From NCBI GenBank assembly GCA_051874035.1, contig JBJEFM010000077.1, positions 1,557-65,556 of the forward strand: 64,000 bases of DNA, written 5' to 3'. Under the pieces are notes generated by a model that saw only the letters and a list, made by a program, of their open reading frames with translations, did no database searches and was not told the origin of the DNA. A program made the translations under genes and the position numbers. Source of the DNA: Bacillus sp. (in: firmicutes) (GTDB lineage Bacteria; Bacillota; Bacilli; Bacillales; DSM-1321). Below, one piece after another: positions 63,911-64,000 of this stretch. How positions within the stretch are numbered: position 1 is the stretch's first letter; each line of letters opens with the position of its first letter.

Positions 63911-64000
63911 GATTGCTCCTTTCTTCTATTTAAATATGTTTTCAACCCCTTGCTTCTAAGCTTGCAGGCGGGGCATTCCCCACAGCCGTCCCCTATAATG
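63907..64000 (-). CDS. queC: 7-cyano-7-deazaguanine synthase QueC, 3' end only (not in ORF track)
   Basis: Manual translation ...[30 protein letters not shown] carries the QueC Zn motif [10 protein letters not shown]. Its TGA overlaps the queF ATG (ATGA). Confidence 0.9.
   Translation of the reverse strand, partial: IIGDGCGECPACKLRSKGLKTYLNRRKEQS

Overview
Core chromosomal segment of a spore-forming Bacillaceae member, largely syntenic with the B. subtilis yrhC-yrr-yrv-yrb-safA interval, with most genes on the minus strand. It holds sporulation genes (uninterrupted sigK, pbpI/yrrR, spoVB, bofC, safA) and translation or tRNA-modification genes (alaS and hisS-aspS with T-box leaders, mnmA, iscS, tcdA, trmR, the two U32 hydroxylases, tgt, queA, queF, the end of queC, dtd). 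It also holds DNA-repair genes (recD2, rarA, recJ, ruvAB), rel, apt, secDF, yajC, 6S RNA and a complete rbsRKDACB ribose operon. No tRNA, rRNA, CRISPR array, transposase or prophage gene was seen. The most unusual signal is non-coding: a family of ~150-bp structured repeats bounded by ATAAA (TTTAT on the other strand), architecturally like bcr1 of the B. cereus group. It occurs at four loci, including a head-to-tail array fused to the sigK stop codon. The copies show compensatory base changes and sit on stop codons and terminator U-tracts. Several small ORFs missing from the supplied track (yrzQ, yrzK, a Cys-rich 56-aa protein, partial queC, a partial M3 peptidase) were recovered by manual translation.
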